Positions 49,193 to 58,624 of a DNA stretch of 64,000 bases are shown piece by piece (positions within the stretch are counted from its first letter, which is position 1; each line of letters begins with the position of its first letter). Below the pieces are notes generated by a model. It was given only the letters and a program-made list of their open reading frames with translations, was not told the DNA's origin and searched no databases. The stretch is from Thermoplasmatota archaeon (GTDB lineage: Archaea; Thermoplasmatota; E2; DHVEG-1): contig JAUXAU010000006.1 of the NCBI GenBank assembly GCA_030619765.1, positions 766-64,765 on the forward strand. Direction: 5' to 3'. The position numbers and the translations under genes are program-made.

Positions 49193-50488
49193 TCATGACC
49201 GCATCTTCTTCATCTGATTAATCATGTGTCTCATCCTTTGTCTATGAGCAGCGTCTGTGTACACTGATTCATATATCTCTAGAACAGTGTTCTCGAGCTC
49301 TTGCATCGCCATGGTTGCTGGTTGAAAAATGGCGTCAAAGCAGGTGTAGAGATCCCAATTCGTGTCAGAAGGTGAGAGTCTACCCTGTTTTATCAAATCA
49401 TTTCTTACTCTTGTCCCAGGGAAGGGTGTCAGGTAGAGAAATTGTGCCCAAATGCGGTTTTCCAGAACGAAATCCCTTATCATAAGGAGGTTATTCCTGG
49501 TATCATGATCAAGTCCTACCAGGAAAGAGCCGAGCACTTGAATTCCATGATTTTGGATCTTCTCGCAGCTCTCGCTATAGGTTTCGAGATGTTTTAGTTT
49601 CCAGCGGCTTTTCTGTATCATCTCCAGGTTTTCTGGAACCAGACTCTCGAATCCAATAAAGACTGTCTTACAGCCGCTCTCTTGCAATAGCTGCAGAAGT
49701 CTCTCGTCCTCGGCTATAGAAATATCAGTCTGTGCGAAGTACTTGACCTTTAAGGGCTTTATTGCCTCCAGAATCTCATATGATCTTTTTCTATCTACGA
49801 ACGTGTTGTCATCGTTGAAGACGCATCGTCTGTTTTTCGCAACGCTCTGTATAGCTTCTATCTCTCTGATGATCTGATCTGTACTCTTAACCCTGTACCG
49901 AGGGCCGAACACTGTTGTAACTGAACAAAAGGTGCAATCGTAAGGGCATCCTCTTGTTATTTGAATAGGCAAAAGTTGAAATTGTGATGTGTTTACAAGA
50001 TCGTACCTTGGAATTGGTGACTTACTTAGGTTCACAGAGTGATCTTGATACAGCTTCTTTGGAGAACCACGTTTGAAGTCTTGAAGGAATTGCGGCCAAG
50101 TGTTTTCGGCTTCGCCAACTATCAGTGTGTCACAGTGAACCTTCGCTTCTTCCGGCATTACCGTTGGATGGATCCCACCTAGGACGGTGTATACACCCCG
50201 TTTCATAAACTGTCTCGCGATTTCGTACCCTCTCAAGGCCTGGGCTGTTATCATTGTTATCCCGACTATGTCAAAGTCTGTTTCGAAGTTGAGCGTATCC
50301 ACTCTTTCGTCAATTAGTTCAACTTCAATCTCCTCTGGTGTTAGAGCAGCAAGAGTGAGCAAAGCGAGATTCGGATGGAAAAAGTCGGGTACGTTTTTGT
50401 TTTCTGCAAAGAACCTCCTCAAACGTGGGTTGTGGGAGTAGTATGTGGTAATTTTGGTACGATAAGGCGAGATGAGTCCAATCTTCAT
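49193..50488 (-). CDS. B12-binding domain radical SAM protein
   Basis: LGGIHPT; RGCPYDCTFC; DDN; GFES; TPFPGT. Confidence 0.93.
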   Translation of the reverse strand: MKIGLISPYRTKITTYYSHNPRLRRFFAENKNVPDFFHPNLALLTLAALTPEEIEVELIDERVDTLNFETDFDIVGITMITAQALRGYEIARQFMKRGVYTVLGGIHPTVMPEEAKVHCDTLIVGEAENTWPQFLQDFKRGSPKKLYQDHSVNLSKSPIPRYDLVNTSQFQLLPIQITRGCPYDCTFCSVTTVFGPRYRVKSTDQIIREIEAIQSVAKNRRCVFNDDNTFVDRKRSYEILEAIKPLKVKYFAQTDISIAEDERLLQLLQESGCKTVFIGFESLVPENLEMIQKSRWKLKHLETYSESCEKIQNHGIQVLGSFLVGLDHDTRNNLLMIRDFVLENRIWAQFLYLTPFPGTRVRNDLIKQGRLSPSDTNWDLYTCFDAIFQPATMAMQELENTVLEIYESVYTDAAHRQRMRHMINQMKKMRS

Positions 50489-50920
50489 AATAGCCTCCTA
50501 TTTTTTAGTAAGAATTCGGGTGGGTCGTTACCATAAGTCCTTGGAAATCCTCATTCTTTTCACTATTTGGCACATGGGATATCTTTCATGTCGTAATGCC
50601 CGAATTTTGTCTATTTTTTTGAATCGATATTTGTATCTTATCCGTCTGGAGTCTTATATTTTTTTCTATTCTATATTTTTGGTTGCGGTTGGGTACGTTT
50701 ATACATACCGGAGTAGATATTGATTGTTTGTTTGATTTTCGATTTTTTTGGAATGAAAAATATTTTTTTCCATATTTTACCCCTGAATCATTGTCTTTGA
50801 AGAATTCATATAATGGGTTTAAAGAGAATTCGGACCGATGATTTTGTAATATAAGTGTCAGGCCTTAAACTTCATTATTTTCTATTATCTGATATTCCTC
50901 TCCTTTACAGATTAAATATT

Positions 50921-51286
50921 TTAAAACAGGGGACCGGTTTCCCGGAAAAATAAGTCCATTGATAAATGGAGAATTATTGATCATAGGCCCATAGCCCAAT
51001 AGGGTTTTCTTTTTGTATCAGACCTCATCAATATTAGAACACCAAATGCAATTGGGAAAAAGGCTATGTGGGCGATAATGTGGTAACTTGCAAGTACTTC
51101 GTGGGTTAAGATGTGGGTTGTATAATATATTCCTAGGAAAATATCAGGTAGAATGCTAAATGATAGGCATGTGATCACAAGTAGTAATTGTTTTTTATGG
51201 TTATAGTCGAAGTATTTTTTGAAATAGAACCTTCCTATTATACTCAAGACAATTCCAGTTAGTGTATGGGTTAGTACTCCTGGCAT
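50921..51286 (-). pseudogene. Paralog of the 18991 hydrolase interrupted by TGA at a Trp position
   Basis: YWAMGL-TGA-SIILHLSMDLFFRETGPLF* aligns with IWIMGL-W-SILLHITMDFF of the paralog. Confidence 0.8.
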
Positions 51287-51535
51287 AGGGTTTGCTTCCA
51301 AATCCAATATAATATTTCTCTTTTAATAAATATGCTAATCTTGTCCTGTTCTCTTTTTAACGAATGTATAAGTGTATAGTGATAGAAAACCAATTTTTAT
51401 AGCGTTGTTTAGACGCTCGAATCATGACACCTTCTTGGATAATATTGTGGAGAATTGAAATCAGCCCACCCTACAATATTTGGTTTTCTTACAGATGTTT
51501 TTATTTTAATACCAAACACTTATTTACAACAGGGA

Positions 51536-53197
51536 CTAACTAGAAGATTTTCGTACTTCCTCTTTTATCCGTTGTATATGCCCTCGTCCTAGTGCTTTGA
51601 CTTCACAGCCTAATTGAAAATATAGTTTAATATTATCATCAGATAGAATACCGAAGCAATCAATAACAGCTATGGGATTCCCAGCCCATGTAACAATATC
51701 TTTAGGGTTGAGGTTGAGATATTGCATGTGTGGGATTGCTAAAATCATTGCTTCAACACCTCTGAGTACTTCTGGTAAATTTTTACTAATACTCAAGTTC
51801 TTTAGTTCATCCTGGTTACGGAAAAATCGTGACCATGAATGTCCTGGTGCAGGGTAGATGTCTTGTTTTTCAAATTCGTACCAATGTTCGACTAAAGGGT
51901 CATGAACACGCATTTCTGCTCCCATTTCGGTAAGTTTTCGCACAACTATTTCACTGCCACTATACCGGGTATCACCAACATCTTGACGGTAGCTGGCACC
52001 GCATAATAAAACATCAGCACCTGCTATATATCTTCCCATGTTGCGAAGAGCGTCACGTGTGAGTTCTGCAACATGCAACGCTCTGGTATCGTTGATATCG
52101 ATTGTCTGTGGTGTGATTTTAAAAACACTGTCACCATCTTCGAATCCGAGAATATGCCGATAGGCCCAGTATCCCAAGCCACCATCTTTGGGTAGACAAT
52201 ACCCACCGATGCCCGGTCCAGGGAAGATAATGTTACTATGTGTGGGGCGCACTTTAATTGCGTTGATGACTTTTATTAAATCTACGCCATTTCGTTCTGC
52301 GAAAATGCTCCATTCATTTAAAAAAGCTAGAATCGTTGCGCGGTAGGAATTCTCTACTATTTTTGTTGTTTCTGATTCAATTGGTCTGTCCATGATTGTA
52401 AGAGGATAGTCTTTTGTGTTAAGTACTTCTCTTAGAAATTTTTCTACACGTTCTCTTGCGTCAGTGTTACATCCAGAGCATACACGCCAAAAATCACGGA
52501 TACTTGCGACATATTCCTTTCCGGGCATGACTCTTTCGAAACTGTGAGCCAATAAAGGTTCTGATTGTATTCCTCGCTTAGTAAAGGCTTTTTTTAATAT
52601 AGGCCAGGCTACAAACTCGGTAGTACCAGGAGCCACCGTAGTTTCAATAAGTACTAGACAATTAGGTTGAATTTTCTGCCCAATTGTTCGTATAGTCGCT
52701 TCTAGTGCAGCCATATTAGTCTCACCTGTCTTCATTTTACCAAGATCTTTTTTGGTGAAATCACATTGTACATCCACAACAACGCAGTCGGCTAATTTCA
52801 AGCAGTCACTATTGTAGGTAGCGATTAAGGTTTTATTATCCAAGACACTTCTTGAAATAAGTTTGTTTACTTCAGGATCCTCGGCCTTAATGGGTGACTC
52901 ACCGCGGTTTAGCAGAGGTATCTTCCAGTAACTTCTGAAACTTGGTCTCTGACAACCTATTACAAATTTGCTGTAATTACCTTTTTCATCTTTGGTATCG
53001 GCAATGATTGCAGCCATAACCGCACCTACAAAGCCTACACCCATGACAACTACAATTTCTTTGTTTTCCTCTCTTGCTTTGGTTGTAAGTTGTTCGACAC
53101 GTTGGAATTCTTTAGCATAATCGTCTTTCTTTGGGATTGAGAATTCTTCCCCTGAAGGACTTGTTGAGTACGTGATAACTTCATTATTTGACATCAA
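51536..53197 (-). CDS. Nucleotide-sugar dehydrogenase (long UDP-Glc/GDP-Man dehydrogenase family type)
   Basis: GVGFVG, ETTVAPGTT, KIVENSYR, PGPGIGGYCLPKD, VGDTRYS. Confidence 0.92.
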   Translation of the reverse strand: MMSNNEVITYSTSPSGEEFSIPKKDDYAKEFQRVEQLTTKAREENKEIVVVMGVGFVGAVMAAIIADTKDEKGNYSKFVIGCQRPSFRSYWKIPLLNRGESPIKAEDPEVNKLISRSVLDNKTLIATYNSDCLKLADCVVVDVQCDFTKKDLGKMKTGETNMAALEATIRTIGQKIQPNCLVLIETTVAPGTTEFVAWPILKKAFTKRGIQSEPLLAHSFERVMPGKEYVASIRDFWRVCSGCNTDARERVEKFLREVLNTKDYPLTIMDRPIESETTKIVENSYRATILAFLNEWSIFAERNGVDLIKVINAIKVRPTHSNIIFPGPGIGGYCLPKDGGLGYWAYRHILGFEDGDSVFKITPQTIDINDTRALHVAELTRDALRNMGRYIAGADVLLCGASYRQDVGDTRYSGSEIVVRKLTEMGAEMRVHDPLVEHWYEFEKQDIYPAPGHSWSRFFRNQDELKNLSISKNLPEVLRGVEAMILAIPHMQYLNLNPKDIVTWAGNPIAVIDCFGILSDDNIKLYFQLGCEVKALGRGHIQRIKEEVRKSSS

Positions 53198-53506
53198 GAA
53201 TGTCTCCTATGTTTAGATTTAATTAAGTTGGTATTGGAAAAGATTACTAATATTTTTTGCTCAAATTACTATAAAGTGGTTGAGGATATTCATAAAATGT
53301 ATTTATTTAGTAACTTAGCAACCCGTTAGGGGTTTCAGATGGTATTATCTTAAGGGTGATAATCAAATCAGAAATTAATGATAATTATGGATGGACACAT
53401 TGTTTTTTTGTATCTATATGGTAATGTGTTTATGAAGAAAATTTTCTAGATTTAAAAATAGGAAAATTTGAACATTATAATTTTCACTCCACAGAACCAA
53501 AAGCAA

Positions 53507-53822
53507 TTATTCTTCAGGGCATTGAGCATGTTTCAACCTTCCCTTCATTTCTTCAATAACCTCCTTATGATCCTCAGAGTTTGGTTTGATAAAAAGTGGC
53601 TTCCGACATCTATAACAATAGCACCAGATCGCCCAATTATTCATCCCTCGTTTATATCCTATTTTATCTCCTTCTTTAATTCCACTTTGGCGGCCATTAT
53701 AAAATCCACGATTGCGCCAACTCATTTTTGTTTCCTCTATGGTTTTTGAAAAATCTTTTTCTAAATCTAGCAACGCCATTCGGACAAGTTGTGAGACACT
53801 TTTTCCAGATTTTTCTCTCCCC
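53507..53822 (-). pseudogene. 5'-truncated RHH plus Zn-finger-like gene
   Basis: EKSGKSVSQLVRMAL resembles an RHH second helix; G-repeat; CYRC..H..C; the annotated N-terminus lies inside the neighbouring gene. Confidence 0.45.
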
Positions 53823-53825
53823 CAT

Positions 53826-54239
53826 TTATTCTCCTTTAATTCTAAATTTGACACTATCCACATTTTCAAATCCATCAGTATCACATCTGGAAAACGATAT
53901 TGAAAAATCTTCTGTATGTGTATCTGGGATGCCATAAACTAATACAATTCCATTATCTAAAAAAATACCATTACTATCAAAAAGTTTTGCTAAAACTCTA
54001 ACCCTATCTAATTTATAACCCGCTTTATTTTTAATAGTTCCAGTTACTCTATAATGGTAAACATTTTCACCATGAATAAAACCGCTTCCTATTACTCCAA
54101 ACATTCCATGGGTTTCAACCTCATAACTTACAAGTTCTACTTTACTTGTATCACCATTACCAGTTAATTCTTCACATCCACCCAATCCAACGCAGATAAG
54201 CAGAACAGTTATTCCGAGTATTACTAAATGTTTTTTTAT
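53826..54239 (-). CDS. Lipoprotein with FxLYD-like domain; probable ATA start
   Basis: GGAGGT then ATA-KKHLVILGITVLLICVGLGG-C lipobox; VTGTIKN..AKLFDSNG. Confidence 0.75.
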   Translation of the reverse strand: MKKHLVILGITVLLICVGLGGCEELTGNGDTSKVELVSYEVETHGMFGVIGSGFIHGENVYHYRVTGTIKNKAGYKLDRVRVLAKLFDSNGIFLDNGIVLVYGIPDTHTEDFSISFSRCDTDGFENVDSVKFRIKGE

Positions 54240-54266
54240 ATTCTTTACCTCCCTTAAAATATATTT

Positions 54267-57200
54267 TCATAACATCAATTTCTTAGTATAACTATGAACA
54301 TTGAAATGCTGCGAATGAGGATATGGTTGGTTCACTGGTGTAGCAAGCGATACATCTATTGTGCAGAAGTCACTGCTGTTCTCTTTGTTGATTATCTTCA
54401 CTTCTCCTGTGAAATCTGAATTTGGTTCATATGGTGCTATGACAGTAACTTCTACGGTAACTGGGTTGTTAGGTAAGAGGTCATCACCGCTAGACGGTGT
54501 GAATGTCCAGGTACCCCAGTTTGGATAGTCCTCTATCTCCCAATCAAGTAGTGAACTGGGATCTCCAATATTTTCAACCGTGAAGTAGCCTGTGACAGTT
54601 CCTCCTGGTGGGACACCTGTCCAACTAAGACTACCATAGCAATCTAAATCAGGCATTGGTGCTTCTTCTGTTGTGAAACTCCAAGTTGGTCCCTCTGTGG
54701 ACGCACCGTGATTATCCCAGGCAACAATTTTCCAGAAATAGGTTAATTGATAATCAAGGATGCCTGGGGCATATAATGTGTCTGATTGATTACTGGAGAC
54801 TTTAGGTAGAGGTGACATACTGCCAAAGTAAACATCATAGGTAACTATATCTCCTGGGTCAGGGTCGCCACCAGTCCAGTTAAGTACAACATTGATAGAA
54901 ACATTTATTGCACCATCAGGAGGTGATGGGTTGCTTGGTGTATATGGCGGTTGGTTTATTATCTCAAATGTATAATCGGCAGAGATATTGTGATTGCCAC
55001 TGGTATCATTCGCCCAAAGGTGATAGGTATAAACTCCGATCTGATTGTATGTCTTGTTACAATAATACGTGTCACCTGTCTTGTTTTGTGTTATGGAGAA
55101 ATTCTCGATAGTACCTCGCTTAGAAACAAAATTCTTTGTGTCTCCTTGCTTTGATTTGATATATCCAATGATGCTATCTGGATACTCAATATAGAGAGAA
55201 ACTTCATCCGCCTCAACATTGTCAACAACAGAGGCAGAAATGTTGACATATCCACCGGGAATTTGAGTAGAAGGTATTGCCTGTACATTCGATATTCCAG
55301 GAGGAATTAAATCTACAAGAGCAATATTCTTGGAAATGGTATCATTCTTTCCATCATTATCTGTTACTATCAATGTCACATTAAATGTGCCATAGTCAAC
55401 ATAAGTATGGTTGAGAATTATACCTGCTCCGCTGGTGTTATCTCCGAAATAAAATGTATATTGAGTGATATATCCATCAGGATCATAGGATACTGAACCA
55501 TTAAATTGTACCGTTAAATTGTTTACCGAATATGTGAAATTAGCAATCGGATGGAAATATCCAAGTGGGTACAAATCCTGACTACTGCCACCAGTTATAT
55601 TGTAAGGTATATCACCTATTCCATCGCCATCTGCATCTGTACCATTGTAGTCATCCCAATAGTTCCCTTCTTGGAGTGTAGCATTGTACCAGGTGTTTGT
55701 GCCTTCATCATAGGCGTTCTGTACGTTGTTAATAAAGTTGTTGAGGTAGAGCAGATTGTTGTCGTTGTGAAGCCAGATGCGGATACCATTATCATTGTTC
55801 GAGATTGTGTTACCAGTGAGGGTATTACCGGAGGTCGCGATCAATATGCCATTCCCATTGTTCGATGCAATGGTGTTGTTAGTGATGATACCGGAGCCAT
55901 CGAGGTATATGCCATCCCCGTTGTTCGAAATGTTATTATTTGTAATAACGATGTTGGAACCATCGAGGTATATGCCATCCCCGTTGTTCGAAATATTGTT
56001 TCCTTTGAAGGTGTTTCTGTTTGAAGACCAGGTGTTTAAGCCATCATAGCTGTTTGAGTTTATATCGTTTTTAGAGATGACATTGTCACTAGAAGTTTCA
56101 AGGTACATGCCATTGCCATTTGAGGCGATAGTATTGTTAAAGATGACATTGTTATACGCAGATTCTAAATTTAAGCCATCTCCACCATTGTTAGAGATAA
56201 TATTGCCAGTGATGTTGTTGTGAAAGAACATCCATCCCCCTATACCAATTACATCGTTCTCTGAGATATTGTTTCCAGAGAAAATACTATAATGGGCTTC
56301 AAAGAAGCCTATTCCATACTTGTTATTCGTAATGTTGTTGCCTTTAATGGTACTGTCATAGGATTCATCGATTTCTATTCCACTCCAGTTGTTCGCTTTG
56401 ATGTTGTTACCAAAGATGATGTTGCTATTAGAATCGACGAGGTATATTCCACCACTGTTGTTCGAGATAGTATTGCCATAGATACTGTTGTAATCTGAAC
56501 TTATATAAACCCCAGCATCGTCATAATCGCTTCCACTATTTTGTATAGTGAAACCACTAATGTACACCCAATCAGCAGACAAATAAACAACACCTCCACT
56601 TCCGTTACCATCAATAATTGTATTGTTTCTATCTTCACCAATGAGATTAATTGTTTTATTCACAACTACATTCTCATAATATGTGCCATTGAAGACATAT
56701 ACAGTACTTCTTGTAACAGCATCTATACCATCCTGAATTCTATCAAAATGATTATACTGCCAACCAGGTGTAGTACCAGTATAATCATCATCAACGAAAA
56801 CGGTATCTAGTGGCGGAACTGGTGATGTGCCATTCCATAGATTCATAAATGGATTCAAGTCCTGATTATCTCCACCAGATATGTTGTATGGAGTATCTCC
56901 AATGCCATCAGAGCCATTTATGTCTTGATTCGGTCCATAAAAGTAGTCAACTCCTGTATAATCATCAAAATAATTACCACCAGATGGATAGCCATTATCC
57001 CAAGTATTGTTACACTCATCATATGCGTTCTGTGTGTTGTTGATTAAGTTATTGTGATAAATTGAATTGTTGTTGGAATAATAATTGGAATAATTTTTAA
57101 GGTATATGCCATAATTCCCATTATTCGAGATGGTGTTGCCTGTAATGGTGTTGTTGCTAGAACACCAGAAGTCTATGCCATTATCACTGTTCAGGGTGAT

Positions 57201-58598
57201 TATGTTACCAGAAAGGATGTTATTGCTGGAATAACTGATTTGTATGCCATGGCCGTTGGTCAGGGTGATATTATTGCCAATGATGGTGTTGCTATTGGAA
57301 TCCTCAAGTTCTATGCAACTATAGTTGTTTGAGGTGATAGTGTTGCCAGTGATGACATTGTAGTGGGAAACATCAAAATATAAACCATGCAAGTTGTTCG
57401 AGATATAGTTGCCTGAGATGGTGTTGCTGTTGCTGAAAGCCCAGATGCGTATGCTAAAATCGTTGTTCGAGATGTTGTTGTTAGAGAGGATGTTATTGCT
57501 GGAATAATCGAGCTCTATGCCACCTCCGTTGTTTGAAATGATGTTGTTGCCCGTGATAGTGTTGCCGCTGGAATAATCGATGTATATGCTTTCCCAATGG
57601 TTGTTTGAGAAATTGTTACCCGAGATGGTGTTGTTGCTACTGAAAGGATAGAGCCATATGCCATAATTATTGTTCGAGGTGAAATTGTTACCAGTGATTT
57701 TGTTGTTGTTGGAATAATCTAATCTTATGCCATCCCGGTTATTTGAGATGGTGTTGTCAAAGATGGAATTGAAGTTTGACTCTACATAGATTCCTGCATC
57801 ATGATTTAAATAGCTGCTTCCACTATCTCTAATTGTAAACCCGCAAATATTCACCCAATCAGCATCATAATCGATAAAAACTACATCTCCACTTTCAGAA
57901 CCATCAATAATCGTAGTATTTCTATCTTCACCAATGAGATTAATTGTTTTATTCACAACTACATTCTCATAATATGTACCATTGTAAACATATATCGTGC
58001 CACTTTCATTAACAGCATCTATACCATCCTGTATGTTATCAAAATGAGTTATATTCCAACCTGGAGTAGAACTATTGAAATCATCATCTACCCAAACGAA
58101 TGTCATAACTGTTACACTTCCATCATTCACAGTAATAGAAACATATCCTGTTTCGTTAGTCACACCTACATCATAAAGATCTAAAATTGAGTTGCCAAGA
58201 ACCGGTGTGGCAGTAAATGAAATAGTAGCAAATGTTCCTGGATCAGAAACATTCCCTGGACCAATAATTAAACCATAGACATCAACTATATTACCGGTAG
58301 TGTTATTTATGGTACCAGGATTAAAAGAAGTGTTATAACCATCAAAGATATTTCCCTCAATTACCGAGTTTGCTTGAAGAAGCAAAGGATCAAACGCCAA
58401 TTTCAACTCAAACGATTTAATCGGTTGACTAGGAACACAATAGACATCAACGGTAAATGTCTCTCCAGGAGAAACGGTTTGACTTGGAGGATCAATACTG
58501 ACAGTAGTTGTATCCTTTACTCCCTCAGCTAAGAGAACACCTGTAATAGCAGTCCCTAGTATCATACATACTACTATTATTCCTATCTCTTTTTTTAT
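54267..58598 (-). CDS. Giant surface protein: cohesin, two NosD/CASH beta-helices, PKD, Ig/FN3-like and C-terminal domains; probable ATA start
   Basis: Cohesin-like VSIDP..GETFTVDV..FDP..GTFATISF; IQDGIDA..GTYYENVVVNK twice; GNY(F/W)DDY; FGD PKD motif. Confidence 0.88.
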   Translation of the reverse strand: MKKEIGIIVVCMILGTAITGVLLAEGVKDTTTVSIDPPSQTVSPGETFTVDVYCVPSQPIKSFELKLAFDPLLLQANSVIEGNIFDGYNTSFNPGTINNTTGNIVDVYGLIIGPGNVSDPGTFATISFTATPVLGNSILDLYDVGVTNETGYVSITVNDGSVTVMTFVWVDDDFNSSTPGWNITHFDNIQDGIDAVNESGTIYVYNGTYYENVVVNKTINLIGEDRNTTIIDGSESGDVVFIDYDADWVNICGFTIRDSGSSYLNHDAGIYVESNFNSIFDNTISNNRDGIRLDYSNNNKITGNNFTSNNNYGIWLYPFSSNNTISGNNFSNNHWESIYIDYSSGNTITGNNIISNNGGGIELDYSSNNILSNNNISNNDFSIRIWAFSNSNTISGNYISNNLHGLYFDVSHYNVITGNTITSNNYSCIELEDSNSNTIIGNNITLTNGHGIQISYSSNNILSGNIITLNSDNGIDFWCSSNNTITGNTISNNGNYGIYLKNYSNYYSNNNSIYHNNLINNTQNAYDECNNTWDNGYPSGGNYFDDYTGVDYFYGPNQDINGSDGIGDTPYNISGGDNQDLNPFMNLWNGTSPVPPLDTVFVDDDYTGTTPGWQYNHFDRIQDGIDAVTRSTVYVFNGTYYENVVVNKTINLIGEDRNNTIIDGNGSGGVVYLSADWVYISGFTIQNSGSDYDDAGVYISSDYNSIYGNTISNNSGGIYLVDSNSNIIFGNNIKANNWSGIEIDESYDSTIKGNNITNNKYGIGFFEAHYSIFSGNNISENDVIGIGGWMFFHNNITGNIISNNGGDGLNLESAYNNVIFNNTIASNGNGMYLETSSDNVISKNDINSNSYDGLNTWSSNRNTFKGNNISNNGDGIYLDGSNIVITNNNISNNGDGIYLDGSGIITNNTIASNNGNGILIATSGNTLTGNTISNNDNGIRIWLHNDNNLLYLNNFINNVQNAYDEGTNTWYNATLQEGNYWDDYNGTDADGDGIGDIPYNITGGSSQDLYPLGYFHPIANFTYSVNNLTVQFNGSVSYDPDGYITQYTFYFGDNTSGAGIILNHTYVDYGTFNVTLIVTDNDGKNDTISKNIALVDLIPPGISNVQAIPSTQIPGGYVNISASVVDNVEADEVSLYIEYPDSIIGYIKSKQGDTKNFVSKRGTIENFSITQNKTGDTYYCNKTYNQIGVYTYHLWANDTSGNHNISADYTFEIINQPPYTPSNPSPPDGAINVSINVVLNWTGGDPDPGDIVTYDVYFGSMSPLPKVSSNQSDTLYAPGILDYQLTYFWKIVAWDNHGASTEGPTWSFTTEEAPMPDLDCYGSLSWTGVPPGGTVTGYFTVENIGDPSSLLDWEIEDYPNWGTWTFTPSSGDDLLPNNPVTVEVTVIAPYEPNSDFTGEVKIINKENSSDFCTIDVSLATPVNQPYPHSQHFNVHSYTKKLML

Positions 58599-58624
58599 TT
58601 TGGCGCCTCCCTTTAACTTTACTT

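Noticed and set aside
50500..50780. Possible decayed gene upstream of the radical SAM gene (also 32820-33000 and 41960-42240)
   Set aside because: The frames I translated have stops and no recognisable family motif
50981..50983. Genome-wide TGA=Trp or selenocysteine recoding
   Set aside because: TGA ends many intact genes here (e.g. 478, 12400, 15350, 27236), TGG is used for Trp, and the aligned residue is Trp, not Cys
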